Sequence record: DRR723986_19395
Length of the DNA stretch: 64,000 bases
Strand: one strand, 5' to 3'
The position numbers were made by a program, and so were the translations under genes. Shown one piece after another: positions 28,807 to 39,059 of this stretch (within the stretch, counting starts at the first letter, position 1; every line of letters starts with the position of its first letter). The notes under the pieces were generated by a model. It was not told where the DNA came from, searched no databases, and saw nothing but the letters and a program-made list of their open reading frames with translations.

Positions 28807-29691
28807 TTAATAGTCCAACTTATAGGCTACAACTTTGTTTTTGAAAAATGTTGGGACCAAAATGATGTTGTCTTCCGGTATAAACCCAATATCTGCTGTA
28901 TTAGAGGACGCGTCTTTCGTATCTAAAAGCAAAGTCTCACCTTCTGCACTTACAAAGTAAATTTCTCCCGCCCAGCGAGAAGCCACATAATTTCCATCTC
29001 CCAAAATAACAAGCCCATCACCTCCAGTTACTGTGCTATTCATGATATTTGCTGTTCCATCTGAATTGAGCGACACTAGGCCAGATTTATCTAACCCATA
29101 AATGGCTCCATCTTCTCCGACAGCAATACCATTGATAGACTCATGGCCTTCAGTTACGGTAGAAATTGCACCCCCATCAAGCATATGTACTTTACCAGTA
29201 TTCATGTCTGTAAAGTAAACTTTGCCTTCGTATGTGGCCAAATCGTTAAGAAACTGTCCTCCTTCTATTGGGTATTTATTGGAGATTTTTCCTGTTTCCA
29301 AATTGATTTCGACCAATTGATCAATGTCAGTTACATACAAGTTTCCATTTGCAATACCCATTCCTTTTGGAGCATTTAGACCAGTGACCCACTCCTGAGT
29401 GACTATATTTCCTTGTTTATCAATGATGGCAATAGATCCCTTACCATCTTTATCTGTAGGTTGACCTTCGATATTGGAAACATAAATTTTACCTGTAGTA
29501 GCATCATATAAAACAGATTCGTTAGTAGTTAAGGTAGAATCAGTTTCCCAGATTTTGGTTAATGTGGGGGTTTTTACCTCTTCTACCACGACTTCTTCGG
29601 TTGTTTCTTCTGTTTTAGGGGAAGAGCAACTCGCGATTAGGACTGCGCTTGAAAGTCCAAGAAGACCAAGTTTAAATGTTGTAGATTTCAT
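28807..29691 (-). CDS. Beta-propeller lipoprotein (SMP-30/gluconolactonase-like)
   Basis: Lipobox LIASC; ESVLYD, YVSNI, GLNAPKGM, FLND, DGL and ADIG repeats. Confidence 0.75.
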   Translation of the reverse strand: MKSTTFKLGLLGLSSAVLIASCSSPKTEETTEEVVVEEVKTPTLTKIWETDSTLTTNESVLYDATTGKIYVSNIEGQPTDKDGKGSIAIIDKQGNIVTQEWVTGLNAPKGMGIANGNLYVTDIDQLVEINLETGKISNKYPIEGGQFLNDLATYEGKVYFTDMNTGKVHMLDGGAISTVTEGHESINGIAVGEDGAIYGLDKSGLVSLNSDGTANIMNSTVTGGDGLVILGDGNYVASRWAGEIYFVSAEGETLLLDTKDASSNTADIGFIPEDNIILVPTFFKNKVVAYKLDY

Positions 29692-29692
29692 A

Positions 29693-31420
29693 TTAGTTTT
29701 TAGTTAAGGTCCAGTTGTATTGATTGAAATTTACAGGAGCTGTATCTTTTAGGCGTTCACCTATTTCTTCAAGATAGAGGGTGTTGTACCTAAGTCTTGA
29801 AATATAATTGGGTAATGTAGGATCTCCATTCCAGCAATGTTCGGCACGATCGCCGTATGCGACGGTGCCGGCATAATATGGGTTTTGAGTTTGTTCCAAA
29901 AATTCTTCAGTCAAGTAAACAGCATTATTCAGGTAATAATTATCCATATCTCCACAGAATATGTTTACTTTTCCTTCAAGTTTTGGACCTAAAGTGTCCC
30001 AGTCCCGCTCCATAATATAACGAAGGTCGTAATTTTCCTTCCAATAAGAAGCTACTTGCGGGTCGATTTCTCCGGAATATTTGTCCCAAATGGGTTTTGG
30101 ATAGCCATCTTCTCCAGCTGGAGAATAAACAGCTTGCCAAATATCGAATTGGTCACCAGATCTACTTTTGGTGCCCCCGATAGCCAGTTCTTTATGGTTC
30201 ATATCCTGCACAGTAGCTGAAATATGGCCTAAATAATCCCTGTGACTTGGACGAAGAGTCTTTCGGAATTCTCCTTCCTGATAGTAAGCATTCTGATCTT
30301 CATAGAGATTAATAGAAGTATAAGCCCTAAAGTCAATTGGGTCTGGGCATGCTGCAAAACAGCCATTATATTCATCAGGATAAAAAACCTGTACAGCTAA
30401 AGCTTCCCATCCACCAGTGGATCCCCCATAAAGGAAGCGTGACCAGCCTTCGCCTATACCTCGGAATTTTTCCTCAATATGGGGGATTAATTCATAGGTA
30501 ATAGCATCGCCGTATGGTCCTAGATTGGCAGAGTTGACTGCATAGCTATCGTCATAATAGGGGTTTGCGTGTTGGATCTCAATAATAATGAAGCGCTGGA
30601 AGTCAGGCGAAATCCATTTTTGATAAAAATCATAGGCTTCTTGCTGCTGAATTTTTTCATAGCCATAGATTCCAAATCGTGCACTGTAATCATCTTCAGA
30701 AAGGTTGGGGTCGGGTGGGATTGTTCTAAATCCTGAAAAATCCGAAGGAAAATGTCCATGGAAAATCATCAAAGGATAATACTCTTTTGAGTTTTCATCA
30801 TAACCTTCTGGAAGTAGAACGTTTGCTCCAAGGAACATGTCTCTTCCCCAGAATTCTGTAAGTTTTTCTGATTTGAATTTAATGTGCTTGATGTATTTTG
30901 TGTCTTCGGGCTGGGTGACTTCTGGGATACTATTATCAATCGTCAAGCTTAGCTTTTGGCCTTTTTTCCATTCCACTTTTACTGGAGTGCTGTATATGTT
31001 TTTAGGAGCCCGCGCCCATTGCCTTCCTTCTCCTTGATCCATTGGAAGTTTTACAGTATGCCCGTCAGCTCTTTTGAAGGTGTCGTGCTTTTGAATAAAA
31101 GCTTGAATGTAATAGAAACCTTCTTCCAGATCTTTGAGGTTTTCTACTGGGTATCCAAAACTTTCATTGTCGAAAAGGATATGTTTTGAAGCTTCATAAT
31201 TTTCAAAGTCCATTCCGAAAACTTGATTTGTATTTACATTGTCACTGATGCCAAATCTAGGTTCTGAGGTGCTATCTGTAGAAAAAATTAAAAGTACTCT
31301 ACCATCTTTTAGGTCGGCTTGCACGGATTCATCAATTTCGATTTCGATTTGAGATTCGTTTATAGATGTGCAGGCCCAACTAGCAAAAAGCATCAAGGCG
31401 TAATAGATGAATTGTTTCAT
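29693..31420 (-). CDS. Alpha/beta-hydrolase (esterase-like) lipoprotein
   Basis: Lipobox SWAC; VLLPEGY, ELIPHIE.KFR and GGSTGG nucleophile motif. Confidence 0.75.
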   Translation of the reverse strand: MKQFIYYALMLFASWACTSINESQIEIEIDESVQADLKDGRVLLIFSTDSTSEPRFGISDNVNTNQVFGMDFENYEASKHILFDNESFGYPVENLKDLEEGFYYIQAFIQKHDTFKRADGHTVKLPMDQGEGRQWARAPKNIYSTPVKVEWKKGQKLSLTIDNSIPEVTQPEDTKYIKHIKFKSEKLTEFWGRDMFLGANVLLPEGYDENSKEYYPLMIFHGHFPSDFSGFRTIPPDPNLSEDDYSARFGIYGYEKIQQQEAYDFYQKWISPDFQRFIIIEIQHANPYYDDSYAVNSANLGPYGDAITYELIPHIEEKFRGIGEGWSRFLYGGSTGGWEALAVQVFYPDEYNGCFAACPDPIDFRAYTSINLYEDQNAYYQEGEFRKTLRPSHRDYLGHISATVQDMNHKELAIGGTKSRSGDQFDIWQAVYSPAGEDGYPKPIWDKYSGEIDPQVASYWKENYDLRYIMERDWDTLGPKLEGKVNIFCGDMDNYYLNNAVYLTEEFLEQTQNPYYAGTVAYGDRAEHCWNGDPTLPNYISRLRYNTLYLEEIGERLKDTAPVNFNQYNWTLTKN

Positions 31421-31590
31421 GATGGGTGGTTTTGTATTGGAATTTACATATTTCCCATTAATTCTCGGGGTGATTGGGTTTTTTATGGTTTAAAATTGGC
31501 GATTATTTGGTTCAGAATGCCATTGATGGATTAATTGGATATCAAATAGAAAAACACCTTATCTTACGCTATAAATCAACCCACCAACTT

Positions 31591-32847
31591 ATGAGAAAGT
31601 ATTTAAATCTTGCCATGATGGCCACTATGGTATTTTCATGTGCCCCAAAAGAAGAAGTAACAGTCGATTACACAACTTTATCTGATGAGGAACGCCTTGA
31701 AGTCGCCACCCAAATTGCGCATGAGACTATCATGGTAGATGGCCATGTAGATTTACCCTACCGCATGAAAGTAGGTGGATTCACACTGCAGCGTGAGATT
31801 TTGGATGTATCAGTTCGTACACCGGATGGCAATTTTGATTTTCCAAGAGCAAAAGAAGGTGGTCTGGATGCGCCTTTCATGTCTATCTACATTCCCGCAG
31901 GGCTCCAGCAGACCCCAGGTTCCTCTAAAGCTTTGGCTGATTCACTTATTCTAATGACTGAGCGATTGGCAGAGACTTTCCCAGATCAATTTGCTATGGC
32001 ATATAGTCCAGCCGATGTTGAGGCTAATTTTGCTTCTGGCAAAGTCTCTCTTCCGATGGGTATGGAAAATGGATCTGCACTAGAAGATGATATTTCTAAT
32101 GTTGAATATTTTCACGGAAGAGGTATTCGCTACATCACACTAACTCACGGAAAAGCCAACCTAATTGGTGATAGTAGTTATGATACAGTTCGTCTGTATA
32201 ATGGATTGAGCGAATATGGAGAGCAGGTAGTAGCTGAGATGAATCGAGTGGGAATTATGGTCGATCTTTCTCATGTATCTGATGATACCTTTAAGGATGC
32301 ATTAGCTATCACAAAGGTGCCCGTAATTGCCTCTCACTCTTCAGTTAGAAAGTTTACTCCAGGCTTCGAAAGAAATATGAATGATGAGCTTATTCAGGCT
32401 ATGGCTAAAAATGGAGGAGTGATGATGATTAATTTCGGCGGGACTTTTATTGATTCTGCTTACGCTGCGGGTAGTTCGGCCGTACGCGAGCACCTTGTTA
32501 ACTATCTGGCAGAAAATAATCTTTCAAGAAGAGACTCTGCTGCTCAGGCTTATATTTCTGAATACACAGCTGCTAATAATCCATTCCCGACAGTGCAACG
32601 AGTTGCTGATCACATAGATTATGTAAAAGACTTGGTAGGCATTGACTACGTAGGTTTAGGGTCTGATTTTGATGGGGTAGGGGATTCCCTTCCTACAGGA
32701 TTGAAAGATGTTTCCATGTATCCAAATTTGATAGCAGAACTCTTGAAAAGGGGATATTCTAGGGAGGAAATTGAGAAAATCTGTTATATAAATGTGTTTA
32801 GAGTATGGCAGGCTGTAGAGGATTATGCAGCTTCTCAAAAGGGATAA
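31591..32847 (+). CDS. Membrane dipeptidase (peptidase M19) lipoprotein
   Basis: Lipobox VFSC; DGHVD, GMENG, VDLSH, ASHSS and GLGSDFDG motifs. Start set at ATG 31591. Confidence 0.92.
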   Translation: MRKYLNLAMMATMVFSCAPKEEVTVDYTTLSDEERLEVATQIAHETIMVDGHVDLPYRMKVGGFTLQREILDVSVRTPDGNFDFPRAKEGGLDAPFMSIYIPAGLQQTPGSSKALADSLILMTERLAETFPDQFAMAYSPADVEANFASGKVSLPMGMENGSALEDDISNVEYFHGRGIRYITLTHGKANLIGDSSYDTVRLYNGLSEYGEQVVAEMNRVGIMVDLSHVSDDTFKDALAITKVPVIASHSSVRKFTPGFERNMNDELIQAMAKNGGVMMINFGGTFIDSAYAAGSSAVREHLVNYLAENNLSRRDSAAQAYISEYTAANNPFPTVQRVADHIDYVKDLVGIDYVGLGSDFDGVGDSLPTGLKDVSMYPNLIAELLKRGYSREEIEKICYINVFRVWQAVEDYAASQKG

Positions 32848-32871
32848 ATATTTGAAAGATATTTTTAATTC

Positions 32872-32903
32872 AACCCTGTTTCATGTAAATGAAGCAGGGT
32901 TTT
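32872..32903 (+). terminator. Intrinsic terminator
   Basis: aaccctgtttcat-gtaa-atgaagcagggtttt. Confidence 0.75.
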
Positions 32904-33146
32904 ACTTTTTAAAATCAACTGTGCCCTAAACTATACTTTAGATGTTCTTCTGTCATTTAATAAATAGATGTGGTGACTTTATTGATAGCTCTAAATCCAG
33001 CTCTTCATTATTAGATCACGCATAGTGATTGTATTAAAATGAGTAAACTAAACTTGTTTTGAATATTCATAATGTCCCAAAACCATCATGTTTCAAATAA
33101 AATTCTGTCAAAATTTCCGTTTTAGGGTATAAAACTCAATTTTTCC

Positions 33147-33189
33147 AGCCATTATGACCGAAAAACGTAATTGGAAGTAGTTTTGATAA
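33147..33189 (+). promoter_or_regulatory. Candidate heat-shock promoter/operator of clpB
   Basis: AGCCA-tta-TGACC-N12-TGG-N8-TTGATAA, with the same spacing as the motif before grpE. Confidence 0.5.
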
Positions 33190-33277
33190 TATGGGATAAG
33201 AGAAGGGCGAAAAGTTAAGGCACTCTTCTCAAATTTCTAATTGTAGATACCACTATTGCTAATAACCAACTATACCT

Positions 33278-35896
33278 ATGAACTTTAAACAATTCACTAT
33301 AAAATCTCAGGAGGCGATACAGAAAGCTCTTGAGCTCGCTACCGCGGCTGGTCAGCCCAACATTGAGCCAGCACATTTGCTGAAAGGAATTATCTCAGAA
33401 GATGAGAATGTCACTGAGTTCTTGTTTAAGAAACTTGGGACCAATAAGCAGTTTATTTCTCAAAGACTGGATGAGCAATTGGCGAGACTACCGAAAGTAA
33501 GTGGTGGTCAACAGCCTCATTTATCTAATTATTCTAATCAGGTGCTTACAAAAGCGAAAGAATATCTGAAGACTTTTGGAGATGAATATGTCGCAATAGA
33601 GCATTTATTGCTGGCTATTTTGGCCTCAGGAGATGGGACTTCCCAATTATTGAAGGATCAGGGTATTTCAGAAAAAGCATTGATTGAAGCTATTAAAGAA
33701 CTTAGAAAAGGAAATAAAGTGACCGATCCAAATGCAGAAAGTAAATATCAGGCGCTAGAGAAATACTCCAAGAACCTGAATGAAATGGCTAAGAAGGGGA
33801 AAATTGACCCTGTGATTGGCCGAGATGAAGAAATCAGAAGAGTACTTCAGATTTTAGCAAGAAGAACCAAAAACAACCCAATTCTACTCGGCGAGCCGGG
33901 AGTAGGTAAGACAGCTATTGTAGAAGGCCTGGCACAAAGAATTGTATCTGGAGATGTGCCTGAAAACCTAAAATCAAAGACATTGATTTCTTTGGATATG
34001 GGTTTACTGGTAGCAGGCGCCAAATACAAAGGAGAGTTTGAGGAGAGATTGAAGGCTGTCATAAAAGAAGTAACCGATGCCGAAGGGGAGATTATTCTCT
34101 TTATCGATGAGATTCATACGCTCATTGGTGCAGGCGGTGGTGGAGAAGGAGCTATGGACGCTGCAAACTTACTTAAACCCGCTTTGGCTCGTGGAGAACT
34201 TCATGCAATCGGTGCTACTACGCTAAAAGAGTATCAGAAATACATCGAAAAAGATAAGGCGCTGGAGAGAAGATTTCAGGCTGTAATTGTAGACGAACCT
34301 GATGCTGCCGATGCGATTTCCATCCTTCGAGGAATCAAGGATAAATATGAATTGCATCATGGAGTACGTATCAAGGATGACGCTGTGATAGCCGCAGTTG
34401 AGCTTTCTCAGCGATACATTTCAGATCGTTTCTTGCCGGATAAGGCAATTGACTTGATGGATGAAGCTGGCGCTAAATTGAGAATGGAAATTGATTCATT
34501 GCCTCAGGAATTGGATGAGTTAAATCGTAGAATCATGCAGCTGGAGATCGAGCGAGAAGCTATCCGTAGGGAAAAGAACAAAGATAAAGAGACAGTTTTG
34601 AGCAAAGAACTAGCTGAACTCGCTGAAAAGCGTGACAATGTTAAAGCGAAGTGGGAAAGTGAAAAAGCTGTTATTACTGGGATCCAAAGAGAAAAAGAGC
34701 GAATTGACAATTATAAAATTGAAGCTGAGCAGGCGGAACGATCAGGAGATTTTGGTAAAGTCGCTGAAATCAGATATGGGAAGATCGGGGAGGCAGAGCA
34801 GAAATTGGAGTCATTCAAAAGCCAATTGAAAGAAATGCAGGCCGGTTCGCCTTTGCTCAAAGAGGAAGTTGATCAAGAGGATATTGCCGCGGTTGTTTCT
34901 AAATGGACTAGCATACCAATGAATAAAATGATTCAATCTGAGCGGGAGAAATTGCTTCATCTGGAGGAAGAGCTTGGAAAAAGAGTCGCTGGTCAGAAAG
35001 AGGCAATCACAGCATTATCTGATGCAGTTCGCCGAAGCCGTGCTGGCCTGCAGGATCCAAAACGGCCGATTGGTAGCTTCATCTTTATGGGTACTACAGG
35101 TGTCGGAAAGACTGAACTTGCAAAAGCTTTGGCCGAATACCTGTTCAATGATGAGAATTCCATGGTTCGGATCGACATGTCCGAATATCAGGAAAGGCAT
35201 GCAGTAAGCCGATTGGTGGGAGCGCCTCCAGGCTATGTAGGATATGATGAAGGTGGTCAGTTGACTGAGGCGGTTCGTAGAAAACCATATTCTGTAATTT
35301 TGCTGGATGAAATTGAAAAAGCACATCCTGATGTGTTTAACATTCTCCTACAGGTGTTGGATGACGGACGGTTGACAGATAACAAAGGTCGTGTGGCGAA
35401 TTTTAAAAACACGATTATCATCTTGACTACAAATATCGGTTCTCATTTGATCCAAGAGCGATTTGCTGAGATGGAGGAATGGAACAAGGAAGATGTTTTG
35501 GAAAAGACCAAAGCTGAGGTGTTTGATTTGTTGAAGAAGTCCGTAAGGCCTGAGTTTCTTAACCGAATTGATGAGACGATAATGTTTGAACCATTGAATA
35601 AGGGGATCATTCGCAAAATCGTAGATATACAATGGAGAGAGATTCAGCATAGATTATCTGAATCAGGAATCGAAATCGAAGCGACCAAGGAGGTCTTGGA
35701 TTACCTTGGAGAAATGGGATTTGATGCCAACTTCGGAGCCAGACCGCTAAAGAGAACTATGCAGCGATTGATCTTAAATGAGCTTTCCAAGCAAATCTTA
35801 TCCGGCTATATCAAAAATGATTCAGCTGTATTGGTTGATCTTGATGCAGATAAGCAAGTCTACTTTAAGAATGTAGATGCAGAAATAGAAGTGTAA
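33278..35896 (+). CDS. clpB: ATP-dependent chaperone ClpB
   Basis: Two AAA+ modules ([16 protein letters not shown]), coiled-coil M domain, [12 protein letters not shown]. Confidence 0.97.
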   Translation: MNFKQFTIKSQEAIQKALELATAAGQPNIEPAHLLKGIISEDENVTEFLFKKLGTNKQFISQRLDEQLARLPKVSGGQQPHLSNYSNQVLTKAKEYLKTFGDEYVAIEHLLLAILASGDGTSQLLKDQGISEKALIEAIKELRKGNKVTDPNAESKYQALEKYSKNLNEMAKKGKIDPVIGRDEEIRRVLQILARRTKNNPILLGEPGVGKTAIVEGLAQRIVSGDVPENLKSKTLISLDMGLLVAGAKYKGEFEERLKAVIKEVTDAEGEIILFIDEIHTLIGAGGGGEGAMDAANLLKPALARGELHAIGATTLKEYQKYIEKDKALERRFQAVIVDEPDAADAISILRGIKDKYELHHGVRIKDDAVIAAVELSQRYISDRFLPDKAIDLMDEAGAKLRMEIDSLPQELDELNRRIMQLEIEREAIRREKNKDKETVLSKELAELAEKRDNVKAKWESEKAVITGIQREKERIDNYKIEAEQAERSGDFGKVAEIRYGKIGEAEQKLESFKSQLKEMQAGSPLLKEEVDQEDIAAVVSKWTSIPMNKMIQSEREKLLHLEEELGKRVAGQKEAITALSDAVRRSRAGLQDPKRPIGSFIFMGTTGVGKTELAKALAEYLFNDENSMVRIDMSEYQERHAVSRLVGAPPGYVGYDEGGQLTEAVRRKPYSVILLDEIEKAHPDVFNILLQVLDDGRLTDNKGRVANFKNTIIILTTNIGSHLIQERFAEMEEWNKEDVLEKTKAEVFDLLKKSVRPEFLNRIDETIMFEPLNKGIIRKIVDIQWREIQHRLSESGIEIEATKEVLDYLGEMGFDANFGARPLKRTMQRLILNELSKQILSGYIKNDSAVLVDLDADKQVYFKNVDAEIEV

Positions 35897-35917
35897 TTTA
35901 GGTTAGTAGTTATAGTT

Positions 35918-35950
35918 AAACCCTCGGAGTATGTAGCTTCGAGGGTTTTT
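35918..35950 (+). terminator. clpB terminator
   Basis: aaaccctcgga...ttcgagggttttt. Confidence 0.75.
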
Positions 35951-35969
35951 ATTTTAGTTAAATTAAAGG

Positions 35970-36152
35970 ATGCTTGAACACTTCTTCCAATGTCCCTATT
36001 GTGTAGGTGAAATCTCTATGCTGATTGATCCTTCGGTCCCTGACCAAAAATATATAGAAGACTGTGAGATTTGCTGCAACCCGATTGAAATTCAATTTGC
36101 AGTAGAGGAAGGAGGAATTATTTCTTTTGAGGCAAAATCTATTGACCAATAA
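35970..36152 (+). CDS. CPXCG motif-containing cysteine-rich protein
   Basis: CPYC...YIEDCEICCNPI; here the motif reads CPYCV rather than CPYCG. Confidence 0.85.
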   Translation: MLEHFFQCPYCVGEISMLIDPSVPDQKYIEDCEICCNPIEIQFAVEEGGIISFEAKSIDQ

Positions 36153-36153
36153 C

Positions 36154-38388
36154 TTAATTAACTGGCGTGTGTCCTAACAAATAATTTGTCAACAAAGTGT
36201 ATAAATGCAGTGATGTGCCTTCCCCTTCATAAATCCCATGAGAACGGTTTGGATAGGGCATCATTTGGAATTGCTTGTTGTGCTTGATCAGCTCGTTCAT
36301 AAGCATTTCGGCTCCTTGATAATGCACGTTGTCATCGCCGGTGCCATGCACGATTAAAAGATTTCCTTCGAGGTTTTTGGCATAGGTGATAGGAGATCCA
36401 TTTACGAAGTCCTCCATGTTTTCCTGAGGCAATCCCATATAGCGCTCTTGATAGATATTGTCATAGATGAGCTGATTGGAAACCGCTGCCACGGACATTC
36501 CTGTCTGATAAATTTCGGGGAATTTAAACATTAGATTAAGCGTCATAGATCCACCGCCGCTCCATCCCCAAACAGCTACCCTTGTTTCATCAAGATAAGG
36601 AAGCTTCAGTAATTCCTTTGCTGCCAAACCTTGATCTTGGGCATTGATCACGCCGATTTTTCGGTAGATACTTTTTCTCCATGCACTTCCTTTGAGAGTC
36701 GGCGTGCCCCGATTGTCCATGTCGATGATGAAGTAACCTTTTTGCGCAAGCATAATATTATAAAGTCCAACTTGCGTATCCGTCGCCACTGTGCTCCAAG
36801 GTTCACCATAGACATGGAATAGCACAGGGTATTTCTTTGTCTCATCAAAATCAATTGGATAAATAACCCTTGCGTCTAGCGTCACACCTTCTGAAATAGT
36901 CACGGTAGTGAATTTGATTTCTGGAGTTTTGAGAGAAGCCAGTTTCTGTTTGTAGGCAGTGTTTTCTACCAGATTTTTTACGATATCATGCTTAGGTAGA
37001 GATACCAATCTTACACTCAAAGGATCGTTAGTGCTTTGGTGACTATGCACCGCTACCATTCCATTAGGAGCAATATTATAAGTGTTTACACCTGAAAAGG
37101 ACTCTGGAGTAACTTTTCTAAGTTTACCTTTTCCTGCCAAATCAATCGCATAAAGGTAGCGCTGAACAGGGTTGTTTGGAGATGCAATAAAATAGATTTC
37201 CTTATCAGTAACTCCCCCAAAAGAGGCTACATCAAAAGCTCCAGGGGTAATTAGTGTTTTCTGTCCATTGCTGATATTTACCTTATATATGTGCCTCCAT
37301 GCATCCTTTTCTGTCATTCGGAGAAAAGCTTTTCCACCATCTACAATTGGTAAACTATTGTCGCTCCAGCCATTTTTGGACAAATCAGGATAGGCCAAGT
37401 CAACCCAAGTTTCTTCAGATTCAGTATAAATCTTCTTCAGCTCAGAAGTGGATGGTTTGAAAGTCCAAATGGTCAGTAAGTTTTGCTTTCGATTCATCTG
37501 CTGGATGAGGAGCAAATCGGCGTTGATCCATTGCATCCCGGGCAGGTAATTTTCTTTTTCTCCTCCCGGAACTGGAATCCATTTAGTTTGCTTCGTCACC
37601 ATGTCTACCAATCCGATTTTAGCGCCGGCCGGCTCTTGTCCCACTTTTGGATATTGCAGTGGGATAGGCTTAGAATAGACCGAGTCGGTATTATTGATCA
37701 TGTAAAAAGTGCCGATTTTCGATGCGTCAATCTGCCAGTATGAAATGAACTTATCATCAGGACTCCATTGAAAACCGTCTCTTTTACCAAACTCTTCTTC
37801 ATACGCCCAATCGAATGTTCCATTGATGATTTTATCTGTGCCATCAACTGTCAACTGAGTGACTTTTCCTGTCACGAAATCTTCTAAATACAAATTGAAT
37901 TTCTGTACGTAGGCAACCTTTGAATTGTCTGAGGAAAACTTTGCAAACATCAGAGATGAGGGCTCAAACTCACTTCCCAATTGCTTCAATTCTTTGCTTA
38001 CTAAATCATATACAAAATAGTCTCCTTTGGTATTGGATCTCCAAACCCTGCTGGAATTAGTGAATACCAAGACTTTTGATCCATCATCAGAAAGGCTGAA
38101 AGATTCTATATTAATTGGTTTACCACTGCTTTGCAGTGCTGAGCCAGGAACAAAGACACTTTTTTCTAAACTCTTGCTATCCCATCTTGCCAATTCATTT
38201 CCTTTCTCCACAGTCACATAAGCGGCTCCATTTTCGATCCACTGAATCGGTTGAAGTCTCTCCTGCTGAAATTCACTTGAGGCATAGATCCGCTCTAAGG
38301 TGAGTAGGTCTTTTTGCTGGGCAAATGTGGAAGTACTGACTAGAGAGAAAAGAAATATTATGCAAAGAAATAGGGTAGGAAAACGCAT
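36154..38388 (-). CDS. S9B dipeptidyl peptidase IV family
   Basis: NGTFDWAYEEEF, GWSGGG, HGTGDDNVH and SHG motifs; signal peptide. Confidence 0.93.
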   Translation of the reverse strand: MRFPTLFLCIIFLFSLVSTSTFAQQKDLLTLERIYASSEFQQERLQPIQWIENGAAYVTVEKGNELARWDSKSLEKSVFVPGSALQSSGKPINIESFSLSDDGSKVLVFTNSSRVWRSNTKGDYFVYDLVSKELKQLGSEFEPSSLMFAKFSSDNSKVAYVQKFNLYLEDFVTGKVTQLTVDGTDKIINGTFDWAYEEEFGKRDGFQWSPDDKFISYWQIDASKIGTFYMINNTDSVYSKPIPLQYPKVGQEPAGAKIGLVDMVTKQTKWIPVPGGEKENYLPGMQWINADLLLIQQMNRKQNLLTIWTFKPSTSELKKIYTESEETWVDLAYPDLSKNGWSDNSLPIVDGGKAFLRMTEKDAWRHIYKVNISNGQKTLITPGAFDVASFGGVTDKEIYFIASPNNPVQRYLYAIDLAGKGKLRKVTPESFSGVNTYNIAPNGMVAVHSHQSTNDPLSVRLVSLPKHDIVKNLVENTAYKQKLASLKTPEIKFTTVTISEGVTLDARVIYPIDFDETKKYPVLFHVYGEPWSTVATDTQVGLYNIMLAQKGYFIIDMDNRGTPTLKGSAWRKSIYRKIGVINAQDQGLAAKELLKLPYLDETRVAVWGWSGGGSMTLNLMFKFPEIYQTGMSVAAVSNQLIYDNIYQERYMGLPQENMEDFVNGSPITYAKNLEGNLLIVHGTGDDNVHYQGAEMLMNELIKHNKQFQMMPYPNRSHGIYEGEGTSLHLYTLLTNYLLGHTPVN

Positions 38389-38466
38389 GAACTATTTGGT
38401 TTAAACTGAAGTCTTCAAAAATAAGGGAATATCCCAATACTTTTCAGTAGAGGTCAATTCAAAAGA

Positions 38467-38491
38467 AAAACAGGTCAATCAGACCTGTTTT
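38467..38491 (-). terminator. Intrinsic terminator
   Basis: aaaacaggtc-aatca-gacctgtttt. Confidence 0.65.
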
Positions 38492-38539
38492 GAGCTTTTG
38501 TTAAGAATGGGGATTTCTGACTTCAGCTAATAATAAAAA

Positions 38540-38902
38540 CTATAAAACCCCGTCTTTCAATTTGATCTGTCCTAAGGACTTCGGGAGTTCTTTGATTTTC
38601 ACCTCTATCGAATTTGATTCCTTCCCAATATACCCAATATTCAACGTGATACTTTTGTTTTTGAATTGGCTAAGATCTAACTCAAAGAATCCATTTTCGT
38701 CCGAAACCACTCCTTTGGTAGTGCTATCCACTAAAATCGTTGCACCGATTATTGGAGAATTTTTCTTATCAACGATTTGACCTCTGACAATAGGTGTACT
38801 TGCAGGTCTTTCCATTTTTTGAGCAATGGATTCTTGGCTTAAGGAAATGCACAAGATAACTCCTAGAAAAAAGTAAATGCGAAGGAAATTAGATGTTAGC
38901 AT
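38540..38902 (-). CDS. Small exported protein made of a single carboxypeptidase-regulatory-like domain
   Basis: Signal peptide followed by VRGQIVD..PIIGATI...GVVSDENGFF...YIG. Confidence 0.75.
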   Translation of the reverse strand: MLTSNFLRIYFFLGVILCISLSQESIAQKMERPASTPIVRGQIVDKKNSPIIGATILVDSTTKGVVSDENGFFELDLSQFKNKSITLNIGYIGKESNSIEVKIKELPKSLGQIKLKDGVL

Positions 38903-39059
38903 GGTTCAAGGATCAAGAAGTATGAATTGTTTGAATGAATTAACTAAGATTATTGGTGTAAATCAAGTTATTGAATAGTAAATATTTACATCTTTACAAT
39001 CCTGGCGAAATCAGATTCTCCTCGGTGAGCATCTTTATTATAAATGATTTTGACAGCAC

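Noticed and set aside
33198-33232. RNA thermometer in the clpB leader (gagaag...cttctc)
   Set aside because: The stem is short and imperfect, and lies about 45 nt from the start codon without covering the initiation region.
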